64,000 nucleotides of DNA, from positions 183,897 through 247,896 of the forward strand of contig CAWGFZ010000001.1 in assembly GCA_963821995.1 (NCBI GenBank). The letters are read 5' to 3'. The notes under the pieces were generated by a model, which saw only the letters and a list, made by a program, of their open reading frames with translations, had not been told where the DNA came from and did not search any database. Position 1 is the first letter of the stretch, and every line of letters starts with the position of its first letter. This document shows positions 9,763 through 19,286 of this stretch, piece after piece. A program made the translations under genes and the position numbers. This stretch comes from an uncultured Acidobacteriaceae bacterium. GTDB taxonomy: Bacteria > Acidobacteriota > Terriglobia > Terriglobales > Acidobacteriaceae.

Positions 9763-12231
9763 ATGAGTCCTCGCGAGCGCACGTCCTCAAAACGGCCGCA
9801 TGGCAGCATGAACACCGTTCGCCCATTCACTCCGACAGGCAACCGCCGGCTCAATGAGCTGATCGGCTTCCTGCTGTTCGTCTTCGCGGTCCTCCTGGTC
9901 CTCGCGCTGGTGTCGTATTCGCCGCTGGATCCTTCGCTGAACACCGCGGCCACGCCGCCTGCGGGCAAACCGGCGCATAACTGGATCGGAGTTGTGGGCG
10001 CACTGGTCGCCGATCTTGCGCTGCAACTGTTCGGCGTCGCGGCGTTTCTGTTGCCGGCATTTCTCGCGATGTACTCGCAGCACTGGTTCCGCTCGCGCCC
10101 CATCGGCTCGCCATATGCAAAAACCATAGGCGCGGCCGGGCTCATCGCTTTTCTGTCTGGCTTCGTAGGACTACTCCCACACACCGTCCGCTGGAAAGGC
10201 GTGATTCCGTCTGAAGGCCTGCTCGGCCGGATTGTCGCCGACGCGCTGGTTCATTACTTCAACGTGATTGGCGCGTATATCATCTGCGTCGCTGTAATCG
10301 GTGTCGCCCTGTATCTTTCGACTGCATTCTCCTTCGGTGCGGTGCGCATCTGGTCGCAAACCCGCTTCGGCTTTGCGTATGCGGCACTTGATCGCTTCGC
10401 CGACTGGCGCATGGAACGCGCCCGCAAGAAAGCCGCCAGAGATCTGGAGAGGAAGCGCGCCGCCAATCTCAAGCCGGTGGTAACGGCACAATTGGTGCCG
10501 AAGCGCGAGACCGCGCCGGAAGAAGGCAGCGTGCCAGCTTCGCCAGGCTCGTCGCCGCAAAATTTGCCGGCGCCGGTTCCGCTGCCGAACCGCGCCAACG
10601 TGAAGAGTGGTATCGAGCGCATGTTCGAGGCCGAGAGCAGCGCGCCTCCGGCAGCGCAGCCCGCTGAAGATGCGCCTGATGACGATATAGCGGTCGGAAC
10701 GCGCGCTGACGCGGTGCATCATGGCAAGACCACAATGCCGCGTCTCGTCGGCAGTTACAAGCTGCCTTCGACGACGTTGCTGCATCGCCCCGACGAGCAC
10801 AGCGCCATTAACGAAGCAGAGCTCAAGATCCTGGCCCAGGTGCTGGCGGAAAAATGCGGCGAGTTCGATGTTCGCGGCCAGGTGGTGCAGATCAATCCCG
10901 GGCCGGTGGTGACGACGTTCGAATTCAAGCCCGAGGCCGGCATCAAGTACAGCCGCATCACCAGCCTGTGTGATGACCTCTGCCTCGCCCTGCGCGCCGA
11001 AAGCATTCTCATCGAGCGCATGTCAGGCAAGTCGACGGTCGGCATCCAGGTGCCGAACCACGAGCGTGAGACGATCTGGCTGCGCGAAGTGGTCGAGGCG
11101 CAGGAGTTCATTGGCACCAAATCGAAGCTCACGCTGGCGATGGGCAAAGACATCAACGGCCGCATCGTCACCGCCGATCTCAACACCATGCCGCACCTGC
11201 TGATCGCGGGCTCAACCGGCTCCGGCAAGAGCGTCGCCATCAACGCCTTCATCATGTCGATCCTCTACAAGGCGACGCCGCAGGAGGTGCGGCTGATCCT
11301 GGTCGATCCCAAGCGGCTGGAGCTGGGCAACTATGAAGGCGTGCCGCACCTGCACACCCCGATCATCACCGAGCCCAAGCTGGCCTCGAATGCGCTGCGC
11401 AATGCGGTACTGGAGATGGAGCGGCGGCTGAAGGTGCTGGCGGAAAAAGGCGTCCGCAATATCGATCAGTACAACAAGCTCTTCGACGCCTCGACCGCCA
11501 GCCTGTTCGAGGAGGGTGTCGATGACGCTCGTCCGCTGCCATACATCGTCATCATCATCGATGAGCTGGCGGACCTGATGATGCTGGACGGGCAGAACGT
11601 TGAGGCGTCCATCACGCGGCTGGCGCAGATGGCGCGTGCGGTCGGCATCCACCTGGTGCTGGCGACGCAGCGGCCGTCGGTGGACGTCATCACCGGGTTG
11701 ATCAAGGCGAACTTTCCCGCGCGTATTTCCTTCCGGGTGGCGACCAAGGTCGATTCGCGGACCATCCTTGACTCGAACGGTGCGGAAGCTCTGCTCGGCC
11801 GCGGTGACATGTTGTACCTGCCGAATGGCTCGGCGCGAGTGCATCGCGTGCACGCGCCATTGGTGACGGAAAAGGAAATCGCCGCCGTGGTGGAGTTCTG
11901 GCGTGCGCAGGGCGAAGCGCAATATCAGGAGAAATTCCTGCAAGCTCCGCGCGAAGATGGCGACTCGGTGAGTGGGGGCGGCGCTGGCGACGGCGCCGGA
12001 GACGACGATCACGACGAACTCTACCAGGACGCCGTGCGCATCGTGCTGGAGTACGGCAAGGCTTCAACTTCATTACTGCAGCGCCGCCTGCGAATTGGCT
12101 ACGGCCGCGCTGCCCACCTCATCGACCTGATGGAGCGCGACGGCATCGTGGGCGCCGCCGATGGCCCCAAGCCTCGCGAAGTTCTGAAGCGCCCCGACTG
12201 GCTCAGCGAAGTCGAAGACGCGATGCGGTAG
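9763..12231 (+). CDS. ftsK: DNA translocase FtsK
   Basis: 822 aa; N-terminal TM segments, a Pro/Ala-rich linker, the motor domain with Walker A (IAGSTGSGKSVAIN) and IIIDELADLMM, and a C-terminal gamma winged helix (SLLQRRLRIGYGRAAHLID.ME). Confidence 0.95.
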   Translation: MSPRERTSSKRPHGSMNTVRPFTPTGNRRLNELIGFLLFVFAVLLVLALVSYSPLDPSLNTAATPPAGKPAHNWIGVVGALVADLALQLFGVAAFLLPAFLAMYSQHWFRSRPIGSPYAKTIGAAGLIAFLSGFVGLLPHTVRWKGVIPSEGLLGRIVADALVHYFNVIGAYIICVAVIGVALYLSTAFSFGAVRIWSQTRFGFAYAALDRFADWRMERARKKAARDLERKRAANLKPVVTAQLVPKRETAPEEGSVPASPGSSPQNLPAPVPLPNRANVKSGIERMFEAESSAPPAAQPAEDAPDDDIAVGTRADAVHHGKTTMPRLVGSYKLPSTTLLHRPDEHSAINEAELKILAQVLAEKCGEFDVRGQVVQINPGPVVTTFEFKPEAGIKYSRITSLCDDLCLALRAESILIERMSGKSTVGIQVPNHERETIWLREVVEAQEFIGTKSKLTLAMGKDINGRIVTADLNTMPHLLIAGSTGSGKSVAINAFIMSILYKATPQEVRLILVDPKRLELGNYEGVPHLHTPIITEPKLASNALRNAVLEMERRLKVLAEKGVRNIDQYNKLFDASTASLFEEGVDDARPLPYIVIIIDELADLMMLDGQNVEASITRLAQMARAVGIHLVLATQRPSVDVITGLIKANFPARISFRVATKVDSRTILDSNGAEALLGRGDMLYLPNGSARVHRVHAPLVTEKEIAAVVEFWRAQGEAQYQEKFLQAPREDGDSVSGGGAGDGAGDDDHDELYQDAVRIVLEYGKASTSLLQRRLRIGYGRAAHLIDLMERDGIVGAADGPKPREVLKRPDWLSEVEDAMR

Positions 12232-12437
12232 AACTCGCGAACAGATTGAGGTAGAGTCGGCCGGCCACTCCTGACAATTGATCCTCACCGGACTTTCGCT
12301 GAACCTGGAGCACTCTATTCTGGCGCAGGTTCGTGCTTAGGAAGCCCTTGGGCATGGCCCGCGGCCGCCAATCTTGCTATCATTTGCGATTATCGGCTTA
12401 AGCTCTCCCGGATTCCTGACCGACACAACCGGGCGAT

Positions 12438-14433
12438 ATGGGGTCTTCGGTGCCCAACTGCGTGCGAATTTCTGGACCTAGGTGTCTGCGCCTGATCGGC
12501 ACACTCGTGTCCGTGTGCGCGCTGTGGACTGCGCCCGCACTGGCGCAGGGCTTTGGTGTTTTCAGGACGATCGTCACCCTGCATCGCAAATTGCCGCCCA
12601 TCGCCCCGCTCCCCGGAACGACCTTTCAGGTGGAGGTGAAGTCGCCTGACAACGCCGAAGCCGGCCACCAGCTAAAAAGCATGCTCGAAGCCGAGCTGAT
12701 CAAACGCGACCCGCGGCTGCGGGTGGCCGGCAAGGATCCCGAAACGCTGATCTCCTGCACGCTGACAAAGTTGTCGGTGGAGCAGTCGGCTGAGGGAGCG
12801 CGCGTCACGTCCGATGGCCAGCCGGTGAAAACGGACAATACAACCATCGATCGTTACAGCGGTTCGCTGCAGGCCGCATACTCGCTAAAGCAGGCAAACG
12901 GAAAGACTCTGGATGAAGACAATCTGGCAGCCCGGTTTGACAAGGTTTTCGATTGGACTGCGATGACGGGCAATGGCGCAGGCGCAGCCGTGGGCGTCAT
13001 TCACATCGATCGCGGGGCATACGAGAACGCGGCTAGCGGAGCGCACCGTGCAGAACGCTCTGCTGAACGATGTGGTGTCGCAGATTGCAGCGCGGCTGGT
13101 GGGAATCGACGACACGGTTGAGGTGCCGCTGGCGCGCGGCAAGTTCGACCGAGCCAATAAGCTGGCCGAGGCCGGACTGTGGGAGCGGTACCTCGAGACA
13201 CTGAGCGCAATGACGGCTCTGCCGACTCCGGCCGAGGATGCCTACCGGTACTACAACATGGGGGTTGCATATGAAGCACTGGGATACGCTGCCACAAGCA
13301 ATCTGACAACTGTTTTGAGCTCACTGCAGGGTGCGGCCGGTATCTACGAATGGACGGTTCGCGAGAATCCGAACGAACCGGTGTTCCGGGCCGCAGCTCT
13401 GAGGGTCGAAAGCACCATCGCACCCTACCGCCGGTCATTGACGACCACATCGGCCGGTGCGTCGTCCGCTTCGCACTCGACCAGTGCAGGCCACGCCAGC
13501 TCGTCCGGATCATCGGCCCTACGAGGAAGAACGACCGGCTCGTCCGCTTCGGCAGCAGGTGGCGGAGCCGCAGCCACGCTCACCAACGAGCAGGTGATTT
13601 TAATGGTGCGGTCGGGGTGGGACGACGATAGGCTGGCGGATACGATCCGTGCGACTTCGTCCGTGAATTTCGATCTGAGCCCAGACGCGCAAGTCAATCT
13701 CATGCGCAACGGCGTCAGCAGCAAGGTGCTGAAGGCTATGAAAGAGCGGTCATTGCGCGTCGCGGCCGAGCAGACTGCACCCCCGCCTCCACCGCCGGCC
13801 GAGCCGGCCTCTCCACCGCCGCCGGCGATCGGCTCTGTCCCCGACCTGCCGTGGCCGCCACCCGAGGCCTCGGCGACCATCGTTCTGCCAGGCAGCGCCT
13901 TTCAGAGCAGTAAGGACTACGGAGAGATCGAAGCCAGCCTGAACCAGGCGCTCAACCACACCGGCTACGTGGAGAGAAGCTATTACAACGTTCCCGGCGG
14001 ATTCGCGGTGGTGACGCGCATCGAGCGCATCTACGACGACGGCCGGCCGGATCCGGCGCCCGAGCGCTGGCAGGTCAATGCCGCGCTCACCCGTCCCCTC
14101 TCGCTTGCCGACTACATTCACGCATTGTTCTCGGCCCGAGTCGGATATTATCGCGTGCTGGTGTTCGTGGTGACCGACCAGCCCTTCCGCTCGGGCCCAG
14201 CCACCATGACGGCCAGCGCCGCGCTGAACCTGCTGGCCGGCGGCGCTAACGTTCCGGCCGCCGGCGTGATGAAGCAGCCGGTGCCGCCCAACTACGCCTG
14301 CACCGCGCTGATCTACGAGTTCCGCAAGGAAGAACAGAAACAGCCCGAGTTCGTGATGCCGGGACACCTGGATGCGCGCACCCACCTGGTGCAGGCCGGA
14401 CTGTGGCTGGCACTCGGCCTTCCCCGGCTCTGA
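12438..14433 (+). pseudogene. Secreted protein of unknown function whose reading frame is interrupted (+1 shift around 12970-13050)
   Basis: ORF 12438-13121 (signal peptide ...LVSVCALWTAPALAQG) and ORF 12973-14433 overlap by 149 nt in different frames. The tail of the first and the head of the second look like out-of-frame sequence, while sensible sequence resumes at LAERTVQNALLNDVVSQIAARLVG. May be a frameshift, a sequencing error, or two genes. Confidence 0.45.
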
Positions 14434-14441
14434 GGCAGACG

Positions 14442-14921
14442 ATGAACGGCAAACCCGCAGCAGCCACCATTCCCAGCGATCAACTGATTTCGCTCGACGA
14501 TGTCCGCTTCAAGCTGGCGCGGGTTTGGCTCATCGGCGCCGGCATCATCTTCGTTCTGCTGGTGGTGCAGTCGCTGCTGCACGTCTACGGCGACCTTACG
14601 CAGGAAGTCTGGGGATGGTTTCTGCCCAACCTAATGCCCTCGCTGGGCATGATCATCTCGGTGCTCGCCTATACCGCTCTGGATCCGCACAGCTCGCGCG
14701 CCATGGTACGGCGGACCTTCGTGCAGATCGCGGAGTGGTTGTCGCTGATTTACCTGCTGCTGGTGCTGCTGACCATCCTGATGCAGCCGTTCGCCGCCGG
14801 CTCGGCCGCCGACCGCGTGGCGCTGATGCACACCTCGAACCTCTGGCTGGGCCCGGTACAGGGCCTGGTCGCCTCCGCCCTGGGCGTGCTCTTCGTCTCC
14901 AAGAAGAAGCACGAGGGCTAG
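14442..14921 (+). CDS. Integral membrane protein, unknown function
   Basis: Four hydrophobic helices (e.g. VWLIGAGIIFVLLVVQSLL, WLSLIYLLLVLLTILM). ATG 14442 lies 9 nt after the upstream stop. Confidence 0.5.
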   Translation: MNGKPAAATIPSDQLISLDDVRFKLARVWLIGAGIIFVLLVVQSLLHVYGDLTQEVWGWFLPNLMPSLGMIISVLAYTALDPHSSRAMVRRTFVQIAEWLSLIYLLLVLLTILMQPFAAGSAADRVALMHTSNLWLGPVQGLVASALGVLFVSKKKHEG

Positions 14922-14970
14922 AGTTCAACATGCCCCTTGCAAACTTCAATCCGGGTAACCGTCATCCGAA

Positions 14971-15777
14971 CTATTGCGAATTCGGGGTCTGACCCTGGTT
15001 TTGGTCTTTGGGAACAATCCCCAACAGCTCTACCTCGAAAATCAGCGTCTCGTCCGGCCCGATGGCGTCGCCGGCGCCGCGCGCGCCGTAGGCCAGATCC
15101 GGAGGAACGAAGAGCTCCCACTTGGATCCGACCGGCATCAGCGGCAACGCCTCGCTCCATCCCTTGATGACCCCATTGACGGCAAACGTCGCCGGACCGC
15201 CATGCTTCTCGGAGCTATCGAATTCCTTTCCATTGATGAGAGTGCCGCGATAATTGCACTTTACGGAATCGGTTTCGGCGGGCTTCGGTCCCGTGCCTTC
15301 TTTCAGGATTTTGTATTGCAGGCCGCTGGGCAGAGTGACAACGCCAGGCTTGGTTTTGTTCTCCGCCAGAAAAGCATCGCCTTGCTTCTTGTTGGTTGTT
15401 TCGGCCTCGGCGTGCTGCGCTTCCATCTTCTGGCGGACGTCGCCTTGCAGTTTCACCATCACCTGCTGTACCTGTTCGTCCGTCAGCGCGGTCTTGTTAC
15501 CTGCCATTTCGTCCTTCATGCCGCGCAGGAAAATGTTTGGATCGATATCGATGCCATCGCGATGCAGGCCTCTGCCGATGTTCATGCCGAGAGCGTAGCT
15601 GAGTTTTTCCTTGTCGGTGGTCAAGGTTGGGGCGCTCGTACTGGTCGTAGCCGTATGCGTTGTTGAGGACTTCTTAGCAGGAGCGCTTGGTGAGGTGGAT
15701 GACTGCTGGGCCGATGCGCTCGCAAGCAGAACGACGGCAACAGTCAGGAGACTGAGGGCAGAAACAAATTTGTGCAT
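14971..15777 (-). CDS. FKBP-type peptidyl-prolyl cis-trans isomerase (FkpA-like, exported)
   Basis: 268 aa; signal peptide, FKBP N-terminal dimerisation region, and a C-terminal FKBP domain (YRGTLINGKEFDSS..F.V..VI.GW.EAL..M.VGSKWELFVP..LAYG). Confidence 0.88.
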   Translation of the reverse strand: MHKFVSALSLLTVAVVLLASASAQQSSTSPSAPAKKSSTTHTATTSTSAPTLTTDKEKLSYALGMNIGRGLHRDGIDIDPNIFLRGMKDEMAGNKTALTDEQVQQVMVKLQGDVRQKMEAQHAEAETTNKKQGDAFLAENKTKPGVVTLPSGLQYKILKEGTGPKPAETDSVKCNYRGTLINGKEFDSSEKHGGPATFAVNGVIKGWSEALPLMPVGSKWELFVPPDLAYGARGAGDAIGPDETLIFEVELLGIVPKDQNQGQTPNSQ

Positions 15778-15808
15778 ATAAGCATTGTTACATGATGCGC
15801 GGCTTGCG

Positions 15809-15841
15809 CAAACAAGAAGAGGAGAGCTTGCGCTCTCCTCT
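15809..15841 (-). terminator. Intrinsic terminator after TIGR03118 paralog A
   Basis: Minus strand: AGAGGAGAGC-GCAA-GCTCTCCTCT perfect 10-bp stem followed by TCTTGTTTG. Confidence 0.65.
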
Positions 15842-15864
15842 GCCCTGCCCGGTACCGGAGGATT

Positions 15865-16947
15865 CTACATACCAGGGTGAGGCGTGATCGACCCGAAGAT
15901 CCCGTGGTTTTCCCCATAAGGCCCGGCGGTGAAGAACAGCGTTCCGGTGGGACCGTCCGAGCCGCCGTTGCCGAACGTCAATGCCCACAGGCCGTCGATC
16001 TGCACTGGCAGATCATTGACGTTGAGCATGTTTCCTATCCATGCTCCCGTTGATAGGTTGTAAGCGGTGATCAATCCGCTGCCAAAGTTTCCGACCAGAA
16101 GATCGCCAGCGAAACCGCTGAAGCTGGATGGCGCTTGCACCACACCCCAAGGAGCGTTGAGGTAGAGCGTGTGCGCCAAACTGAGTTGCAGATTGCCTTG
16201 AGTGTCATAGACGTCGACATACCCATTGCCCGGTCCCGGCACATCGTCGTGCCTGGCCGCGTCCTGCTTGGCATAGGTGACGACCAGGCTGTTTCCGATG
16301 AGCTGGATGTTGAAAGGGGCGAAGCCGGCGGGAATGTTGGGATCCATAAACGAGTTCGACCCGAAGGAGAAGGGACTGTAGTTCCCGTCGTACACTTCTA
16401 CAGCTCCGGACCAGAAGTTGGCGACGTAGAGGTAATTGTTTCCATTGGCCGTCGCGATGGCCATCCCTTTGTATACGGCGTTGCTGCTGCTGTTGTTGAC
16501 GGCAATGAAAGCCTGGCTGCCGGCGTACCATCCGGAGATAGTTCCGTCTTCGGTGCAGAACAGGAAGGGAGTTGCCTGGTCGTGAATCTTGAAGCTGGTT
16601 GTGCTGGCGTTATAGACCGTGCCGCTGGGCGATCCCGTACCCGATCCACTAGCAGGAGGGATCGTGACCACCAGGCTCTGCGGCTGGCCACTGGCGACGT
16701 ACAGCGTGGAAAGGCCGCTGTTATTGTCCGATATCCACCACGGACCAGAAGGGCTGGTCGACATGCCCCAAGGGTTCACCAGGTTGGTGTCATTGTACGA
16801 TCCTACGGCTGTGATGTCCGATGTGAGGTAAGTTATGTTGACCTTCTGTGCTGAAGCGGGCAGGCTTAGGGCGGCGATGGCCATCAACGATAGCAGTGCC
16901 ATCAGCGCCAGTCTGGAAACGATTTTTTGTTTCTCGCTGCTGAACAT
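15865..16947 (-). CDS. TIGR03118-type secreted beta-propeller-like protein, paralog A
   Basis: Start at ATG 16947 (GAGGAGA RBS). Signal peptide ...LSLPASAQ, then NLVNPWGMSTSPSGPWWISDNNSGLSTLY and other blocks shared with paralog B. Family name is by recall. Confidence 0.7.
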   Translation of the reverse strand: MFSSEKQKIVSRLALMALLSLMAIAALSLPASAQKVNITYLTSDITAVGSYNDTNLVNPWGMSTSPSGPWWISDNNSGLSTLYVASGQPQSLVVTIPPASGSGTGSPSGTVYNASTTSFKIHDQATPFLFCTEDGTISGWYAGSQAFIAVNNSSSNAVYKGMAIATANGNNYLYVANFWSGAVEVYDGNYSPFSFGSNSFMDPNIPAGFAPFNIQLIGNSLVVTYAKQDAARHDDVPGPGNGYVDVYDTQGNLQLSLAHTLYLNAPWGVVQAPSSFSGFAGDLLVGNFGSGLITAYNLSTGAWIGNMLNVNDLPVQIDGLWALTFGNGGSDGPTGTLFFTAGPYGENHGIFGSITPHPGM

Positions 16948-17048
16948 GGTTTCTCCTCTATCTCGCAAGCTTGGATTGCCTTGGCTAGCTTCGTCCCCAT
17001 GACTTGCTGCTGCCATAAGCTGCATGGACTGTAGAAAAGTTCAGCAGG

Positions 17049-17094
17049 CAAGTTGTCTTGACGAGGTAACGATGTTGTCAAAACTTGTTGACAA
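17049..17094 (-). promoter_or_regulatory. Conserved upstream block plus TTGTCAA-N6-TTGACAA inverted repeat (candidate promoter/operator of paralog A)
   Basis: CAAGTTGTCTTGACGAGGTAACGATGTTGT (17049-17078) matches 18435-18464 at 24/30 positions, at the same distance (about 100 nt) from the start codon. A perfect 7-6-7 inverted repeat lies at 17075-17094. Confidence 0.5.
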
Positions 17095-17206
17095 TTACAG
17101 AATTGCCGCGGGCTGTGCTGACAATTGCGGCGGCGGATATGCAGCTCTCTAAGGATCACGAGCCGGAGGAGAGCCCATGCCCTCCTCCGTTTGTGAGCCG
17201 TCCGAT

Positions 17207-18340
17207 TTACTTCTGGTTTTGAGCGCCGTGACGTGGCCCGGTTGCGCCTCCCTGGTTAGATGTAGGCACGATACTTCCGAAGGTCCCGTACGCTTCATCA
17301 AACGTCCCAGCCGTGTAGTAGAGCGTAGTTGTTGGACCTGCGGAACCACCGTTGCCGAACTGCAATGCCCATAGGGCGTTGATTCGCATCGGCAACTTGG
17401 ACTCATCCAGCATCAGCCCAAGAAATGCGCCCTTCTTGGGATCGAACGCCATGATCGACCCGCTGCCGAAATTGCCGATCAGGAGATCGTTGCTGAAGGC
17501 GCCAAAACTGGCCGGCGCCTCCACAATTGCCCAGGGAGAGTTCATCTGCAGGATGTGAGGCAGACGGCTGAGCAAATTGCCTTGCGTGTCGTATATATCG
17601 ACGTAGCCATTGCCCGGACCGGCGACATCGTCGTGCTTGGCCGCGTCTTGCTTGGCATAAGTCACGATCAGATTGCCGCCGATAAGCTGGATGTTGAACG
17701 GGGCGAAGCCGCTGGGAATTGCGGAGTCAACAAACGCACTCGCGCCAAACGAATGCGGCGCAAAATTCGTATCGAAGACATCCACGGTTGCCGCGAAGAA
17801 GTTCGCCGCATAGATAAAGTCAGCGCCGCCGGCAGATGCTAGCGCCATGCCTTTGTAGACCGCAGTCTCGAAGTTGTTTACTTCAATGACCGCAGAGGTC
17901 GGATTTACATTGTGGTTCCAGCCCTGGACCGTTCCATCCTCCGTCACGAACAGAAAAGTGGCTGGATTACCCGTTGAGAGCTGGAAATCACTTGTGCTAT
18001 TGAAGGCGATTCCCGACGGAGCGCCGGTTCCTGAGCCGGTCCATGATGGAATCGTCACCACCAACGAAAGCGGTGTGCCCGTCCCGTCGTAAAGGGTGGA
18101 CAGGCCGGTGTTGTTGTCGGAGACCCACCATGGGCCAGACGAACTAGCGACTAATCCCCATGGGTTTCCCAGATTAGGGTCGGTGTTAGCGCTGATGCCG
18201 GCGATGTCGGACGTCAGGATGGTTGCCGTATATGTCTGAGCGGATGCCGCCAGAGACATTAACGAGATGGTCAGGATTGCCAGAGCCGCGATTCGTGGGA
18301 ATCGGATTGGCAAGTTGTTGAGTTGCACTGGGCTGAGCAT
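17207..18340 (-). CDS. TIGR03118-type secreted beta-propeller-like protein, paralog B
   Basis: 377 aa; signal peptide ...SLAASAQ, then NLGNPWGLVASSSGPWWVSDNNTGLSTLY, VTYAKQDAAKHDDVAGPGNGYVDIYDTQGNL and LWALQFGNGG, colinear with paralog A. Confidence 0.7.
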   Translation of the reverse strand: MLSPVQLNNLPIRFPRIAALAILTISLMSLAASAQTYTATILTSDIAGISANTDPNLGNPWGLVASSSGPWWVSDNNTGLSTLYDGTGTPLSLVVTIPSWTGSGTGAPSGIAFNSTSDFQLSTGNPATFLFVTEDGTVQGWNHNVNPTSAVIEVNNFETAVYKGMALASAGGADFIYAANFFAATVDVFDTNFAPHSFGASAFVDSAIPSGFAPFNIQLIGGNLIVTYAKQDAAKHDDVAGPGNGYVDIYDTQGNLLSRLPHILQMNSPWAIVEAPASFGAFSNDLLIGNFGSGSIMAFDPKKGAFLGLMLDESKLPMRINALWALQFGNGGSAGPTTTLYYTAGTFDEAYGTFGSIVPTSNQGGATGPRHGAQNQK

Positions 18341-18434
18341 TTTCTTCTCCTACTCGGATGTTGAATACTTCTGGCAGCGCTGAGTTCTCAGGCTGCTGCT
18401 GGAAGCTGGTCCGAAGTTACAGCGGAGAAAGGCC

Positions 18435-18464
18435 CCAGTTGTCCGATTGAGGTAACGATGTTGT
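18435..18464 (-). promoter_or_regulatory. Conserved upstream block (candidate promoter/operator of paralog B)
   Basis: CCAGTTGTCCGATTGAGGTAACGATGTTGT includes the 16-nt GAGGTAACGATGTTGT, identical to 17063-17078. Confidence 0.5.
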
Positions 18465-18513
18465 GAAGTTTTCTTGACCGTGCAACGAAGTCGAGACTCG
18501 CGCTGCGCTTGTA

Positions 18514-18531
18514 TTTGTCACAGATTTGTCA
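18514..18531 (+). promoter_or_regulatory. Direct repeat TTTGTCA-N4-TTTGTCA upstream of the OmpR-family regulator gene
   Basis: Two identical heptamers 11 bp apart (start to start), 63-80 nt upstream of ATG 18594. This is the geometry typical of OmpR/PhoB-family binding sites. Confidence 0.4.
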
Positions 18532-18593
18532 ACAGACCGTTGACTGCCGATCTGATCTGTTATTAGCTGTAAGTCGGGCACAACGGAACCAAT

Positions 18594-19274
18594 ATGGAGA
18601 AGATACTGGTCATAGAAGACGACGCGGCTGTGCAGCGAGCTTTGCGGCGGACCTTCGAAACTGCGGGTTTTGATGTGGCCATTGCTTCCGATGGCACGGC
18701 AGCGATGGAAACTTTTCGTGCCACCATGCCGCGGCTGGTGATTTTAGATCTTCGATTGCCAGGCAAGTCAGGCCAGGACCTTTGCCGCGAGATCAAGCAA
18801 GAAAACTCGAACACCCCCATCCTGGTACTAAGCGCAGCCAGTGATGTCTTGGATAAGGTACTGCTGTTGGAGTTGGGCGCCGATGACTATGTCACCAAGC
18901 CCTTCAGTCCGCGCGAGCTGTTGGCGCGAGTTCGGGCCGCAGTACGCCGTCTGAACCAAGCTTCCGACAAAGTCGAGGCGTTCAGCTTTGATGACGTAGA
19001 AGTCAATTTCTCCAGGATGGAACTGCACCGCAGCGGTCAATTGATTCCGCTCACGCCACAAGAATTCAAGATGCTGCGATTCTTCCTCAATAATCAGGAG
19101 CGGGTCATCTCGCGCACTGAGTTGCTGAACGAAGTCTGGGGATACCATAACTATCCCACAACGCGCACCGTGGACACGCACATCCTGCGCTTGCGCCAGA
19201 AGCTGGAAAAAGATCCCACAGATCCCGTACACTTCCGCACCGTCCACGGTACGGGCTATAAATTTGTCAGGTAA
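18594..19274 (+). CDS. OmpR/PhoB-family DNA-binding response regulator
   Basis: 226 aa; receiver domain (ILVIEDD..LDLRLPG..K) and a winged-helix output domain (LTPQEFKMLRFFLNN..ISR.ELL..VWG..T.RTVD.HI.RLR.KLE). Confidence 0.92.
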   Translation: MEKILVIEDDAAVQRALRRTFETAGFDVAIASDGTAAMETFRATMPRLVILDLRLPGKSGQDLCREIKQENSNTPILVLSAASDVLDKVLLLELGADDYVTKPFSPRELLARVRAAVRRLNQASDKVEAFSFDDVEVNFSRMELHRSGQLIPLTPQEFKMLRFFLNNQERVISRTELLNEVWGYHNYPTTRTVDTHILRLRQKLEKDPTDPVHFRTVHGTGYKFVR

Positions 19275-19286
19275 TCGAGCCAGGTA

